Virus record (IMG/VR): IMGVR_UViG_3300006092_000199
From: an uncultured virus (IMG/VR IMGVR_UViG_3300006092_000199)
Lineage: Duplodnaviria; Heunggongvirae; Uroviricota; Caudoviricetes
Length of the DNA stretch: 20,000 nt
Direction: 5' to 3' (one strand)
Numbering within the stretch: the first letter of the stretch is position 1; every line of letters begins with the position of its first letter. Shown here one piece after another: positions 7,421 through 15,697 of this stretch. A program made the position numbers and the translations under genes. Below the pieces are notes generated by a model. That model did no database searches and was not told the origin of the DNA. It saw only the letters and a list, made by a program, of their open reading frames with translations.

Positions 7421-8223
7421 AGGTTGGCATCGTCGGAGCCGGACTGTTTGGCTCGATCATTGGCCGCCACCTGATGGCCCAGGGGCACAGCGTGGCGATC
7501 ATGGACTCACGCGAGGAGGGCAGCGGGTCGAAGCCCGCCGCCTGTCTGATGAAACCGGGGTGGCTCTCCAAGATCCCGCAGCTGAACAAGTGTCTCGAGC
7601 TGCTTGACACCTACTATGGTGTCCGGGATATCTCATTCAATGTGAACGGGCTGCTCAACCAGACCGTCCACTGGGTCGACCCTCGCCGCGTGCTGAGCCT
7701 TGGCCATGTCTACAACACGACTGTCATGTCGGTCGATCCTGTCCGGGGGATCGTCGACACGCCCAGGGAGAAGTTCGAGTTCGACCACGTGGTCGTCGCG
7801 GCGGGCATCTGGACGAACAAGCTGTGCCCCTGGACCGTCAAGGTGGAGCCGCGCTGGGGCACTGCCTTCCTGTGGCCTGAGCACGCCCAGAGCCACGTCC
7901 CGCCGTTCATAAGCCAGTGGGCACCCTACCGCCAGGTGGTGGCCTTCCAGCGCGGGGACGGCCTCTGGGCAGGCGACGGCAGCGCCCTCAAGAGCATGAC
8001 TCCCGAGCGCGAGCTCGAGTCACTCCGACGCTGCCAGGAGAAGCTTGACATATGGCAGCAACCCACTTTCTTGAGGGGTGCAAGGCCCTATGGTACACCA
8101 ACACCAGGAGCGCCGTGTGTGCTTGACCGCGAGGGCAAGGTCACGGTGGCGACTGGTGGGGCGAAGAATGGGACCGCCGCCGCCGCGTGGTGTGCCCTGA
8201 AGATTGGAGAGTACCTTGCTTGA
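7417..8223 (+). CDS. FAD-dependent oxidoreductase (DAO/glycine oxidase-like); likely the flavin-dependent lyase of thymidine hypermodification
   Basis: N-terminal Rossmann motif VGIVGAGLFG, plus VVVAAGIW, GARPY and ATGGAKNG. Lies between ADDT and GNAT. Confidence 0.85.
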   Translation: MKVGIVGAGLFGSIIGRHLMAQGHSVAIMDSREEGSGSKPAACLMKPGWLSKIPQLNKCLELLDTYYGVRDISFNVNGLLNQTVHWVDPRRVLSLGHVYNTTVMSVDPVRGIVDTPREKFEFDHVVVAAGIWTNKLCPWTVKVEPRWGTAFLWPEHAQSHVPPFISQWAPYRQVVAFQRGDGLWAGDGSALKSMTPERELESLRRCQEKLDIWQQPTFLRGARPYGTPTPGAPCVLDREGKVTVATGGAKNGTAAAAWCALKIGEYLA

Positions 8224-8677
8224 CAGCCCGTACATCATGCGCGAGGCTCGTGTGGAGGAACACGACGAGATCGCGCGGCTGGCGAAGACCAGCCCGTACA
8301 CACGAGACTTCACCAACAGGGTGATGTTCAGCAGCGACGCGGCCTATGCCAAGGGCTGGATCCGCGTCCTGATCAAGGACAAGAAGATCATCGGCTTCTA
8401 CTGCATCCGCAACAAGGTGCGCGGAGACCGAGCCACGAAGCTCTACTTCATCACCGTCCATCCAGACTGGCGCGGCAAGGGCGTGGGTGAGATGCTGATG
8501 CTCGCACTCATGGAGCAGGCACGGCGGCACGGCGGCGTGATCGAGCTCGACGTCGCCAAGGACAACCGGGCCAAGTCATTCTACGACCGCCACGGCTTCC
8601 GAGTGGAACATGGCGAGGCCCTGGGTGGAGCAGCATGGAGGATGAGATGGGACGCGCCCGCCTCCGTGTCACTGTAG
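8216..8677 (+). CDS. GNAT family N-acetyltransferase
   Basis: Acetyl-CoA motif A ITVHPDWRGKGVG and motif B NRAKSFYDRHGF. TTG 8216 follows GGAG (8206-8209). Alternative starts at 8204 and 8237. Confidence 0.88.
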   Translation: MLDSPYIMREARVEEHDEIARLAKTSPYTRDFTNRVMFSSDAAYAKGWIRVLIKDKKIIGFYCIRNKVRGDRATKLYFITVHPDWRGKGVGEMLMLALMEQARRHGGVIELDVAKDNRAKSFYDRHGFRVEHGEALGGAAWRMRWDAPASVSL

Positions 8678-8973
8678 ACCGCTACGACATTCTCCGCTAC
8701 GAGGCCGTCGAGTCAGGCGTCTTCGCCAGCGGGGACGAGTTCGACCAATTCGCGGATGGCACCCTGGTCAGCCGGGAGGTCTCCTATCGAGTGCAGGGGC
8801 TGACGTACAACCCAGGGCACCTTCTGCTCGACGAGCTGGAGAACCTCCTGGACCAACTAGCGGAGATCATGGATGATCATCAACGTAAGAGGGACCAGCG
8901 GGTCCGGAAAGTCAACACTGCTGAAGGCGGTGATGGACCTGTACAAGGGACAGAAGCTCCGCATCAAGCGTGA
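8635..8973 (+). CDS. Hypothetical protein within the modification cluster
   Basis: Fills the 8677-8873 gap, with GGAG/GGAGG near ATGs at 8635 and 8647. Acidic. Its 3' end overlaps the kinase by about 100 nt. Confidence 0.5.
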   Translation: MEDEMGRARLRVTVDRYDILRYEAVESGVFASGDEFDQFADGTLVSREVSYRVQGLTYNPGHLLLDELENLLDQLAEIMDDHQRKRDQRVRKVNTAEGGDGPVQGTEAPHQA

Positions 8974-9442
8974 GGGCCGCAAGCAGCCGACAGGCTACGT
9001 GCTGAACCGCGCCGAGGGCGGTCGCCAGCTCTTCGTCCCTGGGCACTACGAGGTCGCCTGCGGCGGCTGCGACACGCTCGGAGGCTACGAGGAGAGCTAC
9101 AGCATGATCCGCGAGGCCGACGCCCAGGGGATGGACGTCCTGTACGAGGGACTGCTGATCAGCGGCGAGGCCCAGAGGCCGATCGACCTGAAGGGTGAGG
9201 GCCGCGACATCCGGGTGGTCGTCCTGACCACGCCCATCGAGGAGTGCATCGCCTCGATCAACGCCCGCCGTCAGGAGAAGCGCGGGCCGGACGCGCCGCC
9301 CGTCAAGGAGAAGAACACCCGCGCCAAGGCACGAGCCGTCGAGCTCGCTGTGAAGCGCATGACCGAGGCAGGCATCCCGTGCATCCCGGCTGATCGCGCC
9401 GGGGCGCTGGACCTGGTGAAGGAGCTGCTCAATGTCGGCTGA
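8873..9442 (+). CDS. P-loop kinase associated with 5-hmdU modification
   Basis: IINVRGTSGSGKST Walker A, GHY...CGGCD and LYEGL. SD GGAG at 8862-8865. Confidence 0.82.
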   Translation: MIINVRGTSGSGKSTLLKAVMDLYKGQKLRIKREGRKQPTGYVLNRAEGGRQLFVPGHYEVACGGCDTLGGYEESYSMIREADAQGMDVLYEGLLISGEAQRPIDLKGEGRDIRVVVLTTPIEECIASINARRQEKRGPDAPPVKEKNTRAKARAVELAVKRMTEAGIPCIPADRAGALDLVKELLNVG

Positions 9443-10301
9443 GACCTTTGTCTTGAACCACCCCGACTTCTTCTGGCTGGCCCGCGAGCGAGAGAAGGTG
9501 CGGCTGGCTCGTCTCACCAACCAGGCACCGCCCTGGACCCACGACAACATCCTCGCCGAGTACCGCTTCTGCAATGTGCACCGCCGCCTGGACAAGGTGA
9601 GCGAGTGGCTCTGCTCGCAGGTGTACGATCGGCTGGAGGGACAGCCCCACATCTTCCTCGCCGCCATCCTCGCCCGCTGGATCAACAAGCTGGAGACACT
9701 GCAGGCCATCCAGCCTGCTCTCCTGGGCGATCCCAGCTTCGACATCCGAATGGCCCTGAAGGCCATCCACAAGGCGGGCGCTCCTGTCTTCGGCAGTGCC
9801 TACATCATCCAGAGCCCGACAGGGAAGGACAAGATCGACGGAATCCTGTGGGCCTTCGAGCAGATCGTCCAGCGCTGGCACGAGGGCTACAAGATCGCCC
9901 TTGAGACCAAGTCCATGGAGAAGGTCCACGAGTGGCTCATGCAGTTCCCTCACATGGGGCCGTTCATGGCCTACCAGGTGGTGTGCGACCTGACCTATGG
10001 CTGGCTGCTCAGGGACGCGGTCGACAAGATGGACTGGACGGTCGCTGGCCCAGGGGCTGCCCGAGGGCTGGGCTGGCTTGTTCACGACGACCCCGCCGCG
10101 TTCAACTACAACGGCGTCAAGGATCAAATCGTGATGCGGGCCTGGATGTACGACCTGCTAAAGTTGAGCCAGGAAGAACGTCGGTGGCCGCAAGCTGCCG
10201 GGCCGTGGGAGCTGGCAACCGTCCAGCACTGGTCCTGCGAGTATGACAAGTGGAGGCGCGGCCACGCGGGTGAGCGCCTGAAGAGGAGGTTCCAGCCGTG
10301 A
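9432..10301 (+). CDS. aGPT-Pplase1 / 5-hmdU DNA kinase helical-domain protein
   Basis: ERE.VR..R....PPWTHDNILAEYRFCNVHRRLDKVS signature, GPFMAYQVVCD, GPGAARGL and CEYDK. Confidence 0.87.
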   Translation: MSAETFVLNHPDFFWLAREREKVRLARLTNQAPPWTHDNILAEYRFCNVHRRLDKVSEWLCSQVYDRLEGQPHIFLAAILARWINKLETLQAIQPALLGDPSFDIRMALKAIHKAGAPVFGSAYIIQSPTGKDKIDGILWAFEQIVQRWHEGYKIALETKSMEKVHEWLMQFPHMGPFMAYQVVCDLTYGWLLRDAVDKMDWTVAGPGAARGLGWLVHDDPAAFNYNGVKDQIVMRAWMYDLLKLSQEERRWPQAAGPWELATVQHWSCEYDKWRRGHAGERLKRRFQP

Positions 10302-11335
10302 TTGTCATCAATGTGGAGAATGTCCACACAGCGCTGCCGGAGGTCCTGCATCAGCTGGACCTCAAGGGCGTCAAGCGCGAGAGCCGCAATGGTCCGGTGA
10401 TCATGTTCCCCGATCCTGTGGCCATCGTCTACAAGCACCCCACTCAGCGGGTGATCCGCTGGGAGCAGCGGGATGCCAACCCGTTCTTCCATTTCTTTGA
10501 GAGCTTGTGGATGCTGAACGGGCAGCGCGACGTCGCCTTCGTTGAGCAGTTCGCCTCGAACATGGCGTCCTACTCGGACGATGGCCGGGTCTTCAACGCG
10601 GCCTATGGCCATCGCTGGCGGCAGTGGTTCCAGGTGGACCAGATCGCCACGATCATCGAGGCGCTGAAGGCCGACAAGGACAGCCGCCGCCAGTACCTCG
10701 ACATCTGGGACGGCCACCACGACCTTGGGCTGCAGAGCAAGGATCTTCCCTGCAATGTCGGCGCGACCCTCCAGGTGAACGACCGGGGCGCTCTGGACAT
10801 GGTCGTCCACAACCGCTCCAACGACATCGTGTGGGGTGCTCTCGGCGCGAACGCGGTCCACTTCAGCATGCTGCAGGAGTTCATCGCCAGCGCCGTCGGT
10901 GTCCCGGTGGGTCGCTACTGGCAGGTGAGCAGCAATCTCCATGCGTACGAGAAGACGCTGGCTGGAGTGCACGATCTCGCCGACCTGGCGGCTGATGGCT
11001 ACCGGACGCAATACTCCAATCCCTACAAGGCCGGGGTCGTCGAGCCGTATGAGATCATGTCGGTCGACTACAAGACCTGGCAGCAGGACCTGTCCATCTT
11101 CATGAAGGAGGGGCCGATCATCGGCTTCCGGGAGAAGTTCTTCCGTCAGGTGGCCACGCCGCTCTGGCAGGCGCACAAGGCGTTCAAGACGAACACTGGC
11201 CTCGCCAAGTACGAGGTCCCGATGGAGATCCTCGACCAGTGCCGAGCCGCCGACTGGCGGATGGCCTGCCAGGAGTGGATCCAGCGCCGCCGTGCCAAGT
11301 GGTCACGTGCCAAGGATGATGGGGTGCACGCATGA
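10298..11335 (+). CDS. Thymidylate synthase-like dUMP hydroxymethylase
   Basis: SRNG, AYGHRWR, DQ, SRR, catalytic DLPCN, NRSNDIVWG..GAN (Asn at the dUMP-specificity position) and NLHAY. GTGA overlap with the upstream gene. Confidence 0.88.
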   Translation: MIVINVENVHTALPEVLHQLDLKGVKRESRNGPVIMFPDPVAIVYKHPTQRVIRWEQRDANPFFHFFESLWMLNGQRDVAFVEQFASNMASYSDDGRVFNAAYGHRWRQWFQVDQIATIIEALKADKDSRRQYLDIWDGHHDLGLQSKDLPCNVGATLQVNDRGALDMVVHNRSNDIVWGALGANAVHFSMLQEFIASAVGVPVGRYWQVSSNLHAYEKTLAGVHDLADLAADGYRTQYSNPYKAGVVEPYEIMSVDYKTWQQDLSIFMKEGPIIGFREKFFRQVATPLWQAHKAFKTNTGLAKYEVPMEILDQCRAADWRMACQEWIQRRRAKWSRAKDDGVHA

Positions 11336-11553
11336 GGCGGGCTGCTCGCATGTTCGGTCGCGCCTGCATCTGGGCGGCGGTCTTCAACCTGGGCGTGGTG
11401 TTCTACATCGCCTTCGTGAACAGCAACTTTGAGACCCATGGCATCAGTATGCTCGCCAAGTCCCTGCTGGTCACTGGCATCGGTCTCATTGGTGTAGTGG
11501 CCAACGACATCGCCCAGGTCATCCTTCCACCAATCGAAGACGGAGATATCTGA
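11332..11553 (+). CDS. Small predicted membrane protein (two hydrophobic segments)
   Basis: ATGA overlap upstream and TGATG overlap downstream. Two hydrophobic stretches. Confidence 0.65.
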   Translation: MRRAARMFGRACIWAAVFNLGVVFYIAFVNSNFETHGISMLAKSLLVTGIGLIGVVANDIAQVILPPIEDGDI

Positions 11554-12116
11554 TGTCCATGGAAGACACGTCCAAGGCCCTGTCCATCATCGGCGCTCGC
11601 TCAGGGGGCAAGGTGGAGCGGTGCCATGCCATCCCGCACATCGGTTCCTACAGCAACGCCGCCCACTCCTGGGGCGTCGCCATGCTGATGTTCCAGCTCT
11701 GGCCGGAGGACTTCCCGCGACTGGCCTATGCCTGCCTCGCCCACGACATCCCTGAGTCGTGGACCGGGGACATCCCCGCGCCCGTGATGCGCCATGTCCC
11801 TGGGCTGAAGGAGCGGATCGGCCAGGTCGAGGATCTGCTCATGGAGCGGCTCAACCTGCCGCACTTCAACCACCTGGCCCCCGAGGACCACGCGAAGCTC
11901 AAGGCATGCGACTGGCTCGAGTTCTACCTGTGGTGCCGCGAGCAGGGCGAGTTCGGCAACGCCTATGCCTACGAGGGCCAGAAGGAGATCGAGCTCTACA
12001 TCGACAAGATGGGATTGCCGGCTCCGGCCCAGGGTGTCTATGAGAAACTGCGCGACATGCACATCGTCGGTGCGCAGTCGGGCGTGATGCGGACCATCAT
12101 GGAGAGGATGCAATGA
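11553..12116 (+). CDS. HD-domain phosphohydrolase (YfbR-like 5'-deoxynucleotidase)
   Basis: R.H...HSWGV, LAHDIPE...GDIPAP and LKACDWLE motifs. Confidence 0.85.
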   Translation: MSMEDTSKALSIIGARSGGKVERCHAIPHIGSYSNAAHSWGVAMLMFQLWPEDFPRLAYACLAHDIPESWTGDIPAPVMRHVPGLKERIGQVEDLLMERLNLPHFNHLAPEDHAKLKACDWLEFYLWCREQGEFGNAYAYEGQKEIELYIDKMGLPAPAQGVYEKLRDMHIVGAQSGVMRTIMERMQ

Positions 12117-12508
12117 CTGACGTGAATGAAAAGCAGGTTGGCGGACGGCACTACAAGTCCGGCTATCAGCACTGGGACTTCGTGATCACCCACGAGCTCC
12201 ACTATCTCCTGGCCTGCGCCACCAAGTATGTGACCCGGCGCAAGGGTGATCGCTTTGAAGATCTCCAGAAGGCGATCCACTACATCGAGAAGATGATCGA
12301 CGCCTCCAAGTCCGGCTCCGTCGAGATCGGCTGCAAGTTCTTCGCCGAGCGGCAGGAGGACATCGAGCTGTTCTGTCGCGAGAACGAGCTGACATTCCGC
12401 GAGTACGAGGTCATCCGCGAGATCGTGGTGGCCACCGACGCCGAGGGTCTCGAGACTGCCATCGAGATCATCCGCGAGATCATGAAGAAACTGCCGGGAG
12501 GCTTCTGA
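12113..12508 (+). CDS. DUF3310 family protein (T7 gp1.7-like putative nucleotide kinase)
   Basis: QVGGRHYK, QHWDF and KYVTRRKG..EDLQKAIHYIE pattern. Confidence 0.8.
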   Translation: MTDVNEKQVGGRHYKSGYQHWDFVITHELHYLLACATKYVTRRKGDRFEDLQKAIHYIEKMIDASKSGSVEIGCKFFAERQEDIELFCRENELTFREYEVIREIVVATDAEGLETAIEIIREIMKKLPGGF

Positions 12509-14572
12509 TTGGCCAAGAAGAGCATGAGTCGCGGCGGGGGCCTCCAGCTCCCGCTGCTGCCGCCAGAGACGACCTTCGTCGTGCCGCGCCTGGCCGATCT
12601 CCCTCAGGACTGGAATGCCTGCAGGCGGATCGGCTTTGACGTTGAGACACGCGACGAGGAGCTCAAGACCCTGGGCATCGGGGTCCGCCGTCCTGGCTGC
12701 TACATGGTCGGCTTCTCCTTCGCCTTCGAGGACGGGGCCTCCTACTACGTGCCCCTGAGGCACTTCGGGGGCGACAACGTCGAGGACCCTGAGCAGGCGC
12801 TGCGCTATCTCAGGCATCAGGTCAAGAACTACCGTGGCACGGTGGTGGGTGCGAACATCCAATACGACCTGGACTACACTGCCCAGGAGGGGGCCTGGTT
12901 CGAGAACGCGGAGTACATCCGCGATGTCCAGATCGCCGACCCTCTCATCTATGAGCTGCACCAGAGCTACAGCCTGAAGAACATCGCCGAGCGTCACGGC
13001 ATGCCCGGCAAGGACGAGGAGGAGCTCCGCCGCGCCGCCTCTGCCTATGGCGTGGACCCCAAGACGGGCCTCTGGAAGCTGCCGGGAAAGTACGTGGGCC
13101 GCTATGCCGCCCAGGACGCCGCCGCTCTGCTGCCCCTCCTGCGCAAGCAGGAGCGTGCCATTGACGAGCTGGACCTGTGGGACCTCTACAACCTCGAGTC
13201 ACAGGTGACGCCCGTGCTCGTGAAGATGCGTCGCCGGGGCATCCTGGTCGACTTCGATCATCTCCAGCGCCAGGAGGACTGGTCGCTCGCCGAGGAGGCC
13301 AAGGCCCTGGGCGAGGTCAAGCGCCTGACAGGCTACGATGTCGGCGTCGGCAACGTGTGGAAGAGCGACGCCATGGCCGAGCCGCTGCGTCGGATCGGGA
13401 TCGACGTCCCGGTGACCAGCAAGGGCGATGACAGCATCGACAAGGACTTCCTCTCCAGCATCGACCATCCGGTGGCGAAGCACCTGGCCTGGGCACGGAA
13501 GACCAACAAGCTGAGGACGACCTTCGCCGCGTCTCTCCGGCGCTACATGGTGAACGGGCGGATCCACTGCACCTTCAACCAGATCGCCGTGGACGACGGA
13601 GACGGGCATGGTCTCAAGGGTGCCCGCTATGGACGCCTCTCCTGCTCCGACCCCAATCTCCAGCAGCAGCCGTCCCGGGACGAGTTCGCCCAGGACTGGC
13701 GGCGGTGCTACCTCCCTGAGCACGGGAAGCTCTGGTGCTCGAACGACTACAGCCAGCAGGAGCCGCGCTGGACCACTCACTTCGCCGAGGTCTATCCGTT
13801 CGAGGACCCGATCGTCCGGGCCTCTGCCCACAGGGCAGCGCAGACCTACCGGGACGACCCGAACGCCGATAACCACGACATGATGACCCGCCTCGTCTAC
13901 GGCGAGGACGAGGTCCGGAAGCTGCTCGAGCGCGAGGACAAGAAGACCTACAAGACCTGGCGCACCCGCTGCAAGATCATCTACCTTGGCCTCGTCTACG
14001 GCGAGGGAGGGGCGAAGCTGTGCGACGATCTGAAGCTGCCGACGCGGTGGGCCGTGTCCTACTACGTCGGACGGGAGCGCCGCCTGGAGTTCTTCCAGGA
14101 GGAGGCCGATGCCCGCGCCCACGCCCGCGAGGTCGAGCGGGCATACACCTGGAGGGCGGCGGGCGAGGAGGGCCAGGGCATCCTGGACCAGTTCAACGGG
14201 AACGCCCCTCATCTCTCGAAGCTCGCCAAGGCAGCCACCGAGATAGCCAAGACCCGAGGCTCGGTGAAGACGATCCTGGGGCGGATCCTCCACTTCCCTG
14301 AGCAGGTGGGTGGGGGCTTCGAGTGGACCCACAAGGCCCTCAATCGGGTCATCCAGGGCAGCTCCGCCGACCAGACCAAGAAGGCCCTCGTCGAGATTGA
14401 CCGGGCCGGGCACTTCCTCCAGCTCCAGGTGCATGACGAGATCGCATGCTCTGTGGAAGATGAGAGCGAGGGGGTGGCCATCGCAGACATCATGCGGGAG
14501 TGCGTCCCCGCGAACGTCCCCTTCAAGGTCGACACCGAGTGTGGTCGGTCTTGGGGCGACAGCATGGGTTGA
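12509..14572 (+). CDS. polA: Phage DNA polymerase, family A, with 3'-5' exonuclease
   Basis: Exo motifs FDVET, NIQYD and YAAQD. GRLSCSDPNLQQQP, motif A DYSQQEPR, motif B RCKIIYLGLVYG, IQGSSAD, motif C QVHDEI. TTG start after GGGAGG. Confidence 0.95.
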   Translation: MAKKSMSRGGGLQLPLLPPETTFVVPRLADLPQDWNACRRIGFDVETRDEELKTLGIGVRRPGCYMVGFSFAFEDGASYYVPLRHFGGDNVEDPEQALRYLRHQVKNYRGTVVGANIQYDLDYTAQEGAWFENAEYIRDVQIADPLIYELHQSYSLKNIAERHGMPGKDEEELRRAASAYGVDPKTGLWKLPGKYVGRYAAQDAAALLPLLRKQERAIDELDLWDLYNLESQVTPVLVKMRRRGILVDFDHLQRQEDWSLAEEAKALGEVKRLTGYDVGVGNVWKSDAMAEPLRRIGIDVPVTSKGDDSIDKDFLSSIDHPVAKHLAWARKTNKLRTTFAASLRRYMVNGRIHCTFNQIAVDDGDGHGLKGARYGRLSCSDPNLQQQPSRDEFAQDWRRCYLPEHGKLWCSNDYSQQEPRWTTHFAEVYPFEDPIVRASAHRAAQTYRDDPNADNHDMMTRLVYGEDEVRKLLEREDKKTYKTWRTRCKIIYLGLVYGEGGAKLCDDLKLPTRWAVSYYVGRERRLEFFQEEADARAHAREVERAYTWRAAGEEGQGILDQFNGNAPHLSKLAKAATEIAKTRGSVKTILGRILHFPEQVGGGFEWTHKALNRVIQGSSADQTKKALVEIDRAGHFLQLQVHDEIACSVEDESEGVAIADIMRECVPANVPFKVDTECGRSWGDSMG

Positions 14573-14583
14573 GGAGTATATTC

Positions 14584-14841
14584 ATGATAGACGAGGAAGT
14601 GTTCGAAGAGTGGCTTCGGGGTGCCCGGCCTGGGCAGTGGCTAACCTACCACATCGGGCAGCACTTGTTTGGTCTCAATGGCCAGAAGAAGCGGACAGCC
14701 AGCATGGCCTTCAAGGCTGCCGAGGCTGGCGAGGTCTTCATCTGTCAGGCACGGGTCGAGGGCGGCGAGTTCGCCTACAAGGCCCTTCGATTGGACGACA
14801 AGCTGAGGAAGAGGATGCAGTCATGGACCTTGAAGCAGTAG
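14584..14841 (+). CDS. Phage hypothetical protein (85 aa)
   Basis: SD GAGGAG at 14571-14576 and ATG at 14584. W...ARPG....YHIG...AEAGEV...Q.R....Y.A.R pattern. Confidence 0.75.
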   Translation: MIDEEVFEEWLRGARPGQWLTYHIGQHLFGLNGQKKRTASMAFKAAEAGEVFICQARVEGGEFAYKALRLDDKLRKRMQSWTLKQ

Positions 14842-15302
14842 GGCTGAGCAAGTGGGATCTCCGCTTTCTCAAGTTGGCGGACCACGTGGCCCAGTGGAGC
14901 AAGGACCCGTCCACCAAGGTGGGCGCGGTCATCGTCGACAGCGAGCGCCGCGTCGTCGGGATGGGCTACAACGGATTTCCCAGGGGCGTGGCCGATCTCC
15001 CTGGGCGACTGACCGACCGGACTGAGAAGCTCCGCTTCGTCGTCCACGCCGAGGTCAATGCGATCCTCAACGCGGTGCGCACCGTCGAGGGCTGCTGCCT
15101 CTACACAACCCCGATGTTCACCTGCGGCGACTGTGCCAAGGTGGTGGCCCAGGCAGGGATCCTGAGGGTGGTGTCAATCCAGAAGCCACTGGCCAACATC
15201 ACGGACTGGGCGCTGCTGATGGACACGGCGCAGACCATCTATGACGAGGCGGGCATCAAGTATGTCCGCGTCACACCGGAGGTTCTGGAGCATGTCGAAT
15301 GA
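14823..15302 (+). CDS. dCMP deaminase
   Basis: KWDLRFL.LA..VA.WSKDPSTKVGAVIV, GYNGFPRG, HAEVNAI and CGDC Zn ligands. The start is ATG 14823, not 14310. Confidence 0.93.
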   Translation: MDLEAVGLSKWDLRFLKLADHVAQWSKDPSTKVGAVIVDSERRVVGMGYNGFPRGVADLPGRLTDRTEKLRFVVHAEVNAILNAVRTVEGCCLYTTPMFTCGDCAKVVAQAGILRVVSIQKPLANITDWALLMDTAQTIYDEAGIKYVRVTPEVLEHVE

Positions 15303-15697
15303 GCGAGGCACACATGCGCCGTCGCGTCATCCAGTGGCTGAAGCCATTGAACGCGATACCAGTGGAGAACCCTGCGCAGCCTGGGACGCCAGACGTCAAC
15401 TACGCCGAGGGCTGGGTGGAGCTGAAGAAACTGGCCGCGTGGCCCAGGGATGGCGAGGCTGTGGTCCGGGTCGAGCACTTCACGCCCCAGCAGCGCAACT
15501 GGCTGAGGCTGCGAAGGATGCGGGGCGGGCGGGCCTTCCTGCTGCTCCAGGTGAAGGACGAGTGGCTGCTGTTCCACGGTGAGATCGCCGCCGAGCATCT
15601 CGGCAGGGTCGACCGACAGATGCTGGAGCGGCTTGCCGCGAGGCACTGGCGTAATGGATTGCGGGCCGACGAGCTGCGGGGCATGCTTACACAATGA
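15299..15697 (+). CDS. PD-(D/E)xK nuclease (VRR-NUC / Holliday junction resolvase-like)
   Basis: MSE, VEN....GTPDV, WVELK and Q..W motifs. ATGA overlaps at both ends. Confidence 0.75.
   Translation: MSEAHMRRRVIQWLKPLNAIPVENPAQPGTPDVNYAEGWVELKKLAAWPRDGEAVVRVEHFTPQQRNWLRLRRMRGGRAFLLLQVKDEWLLFHGEIAAEHLGRVDRQMLERLAARHWRNGLRADELRGMLTQ

Noticed and set aside
10298..11335. dCMP hydroxymethylase (5hmC) or plain thyA
   Set aside because: Asn at the specificity position, the dCMP deaminase gene and the aGPT-Pplase neighbours favour a dUMP hydroxymethylase. No glucosyltransferase or DHFR was seen.
11553..14572. HD hydrolase + MazG + PolA as a possible 2-aminoadenine (Z-genome) system
   Set aside because: No purZ/adenylosuccinate synthetase homolog in the window. 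The context (TS homolog, dCMP deaminase, ADDT) points to 5-hmU instead.
14310..14822. 330-aa N-terminally extended dCMP deaminase as in the ORF track
   Set aside because: The extension overlaps polA and the 14584-14841 gene and looks like off-frame sequence. The real start is ATG 14823.
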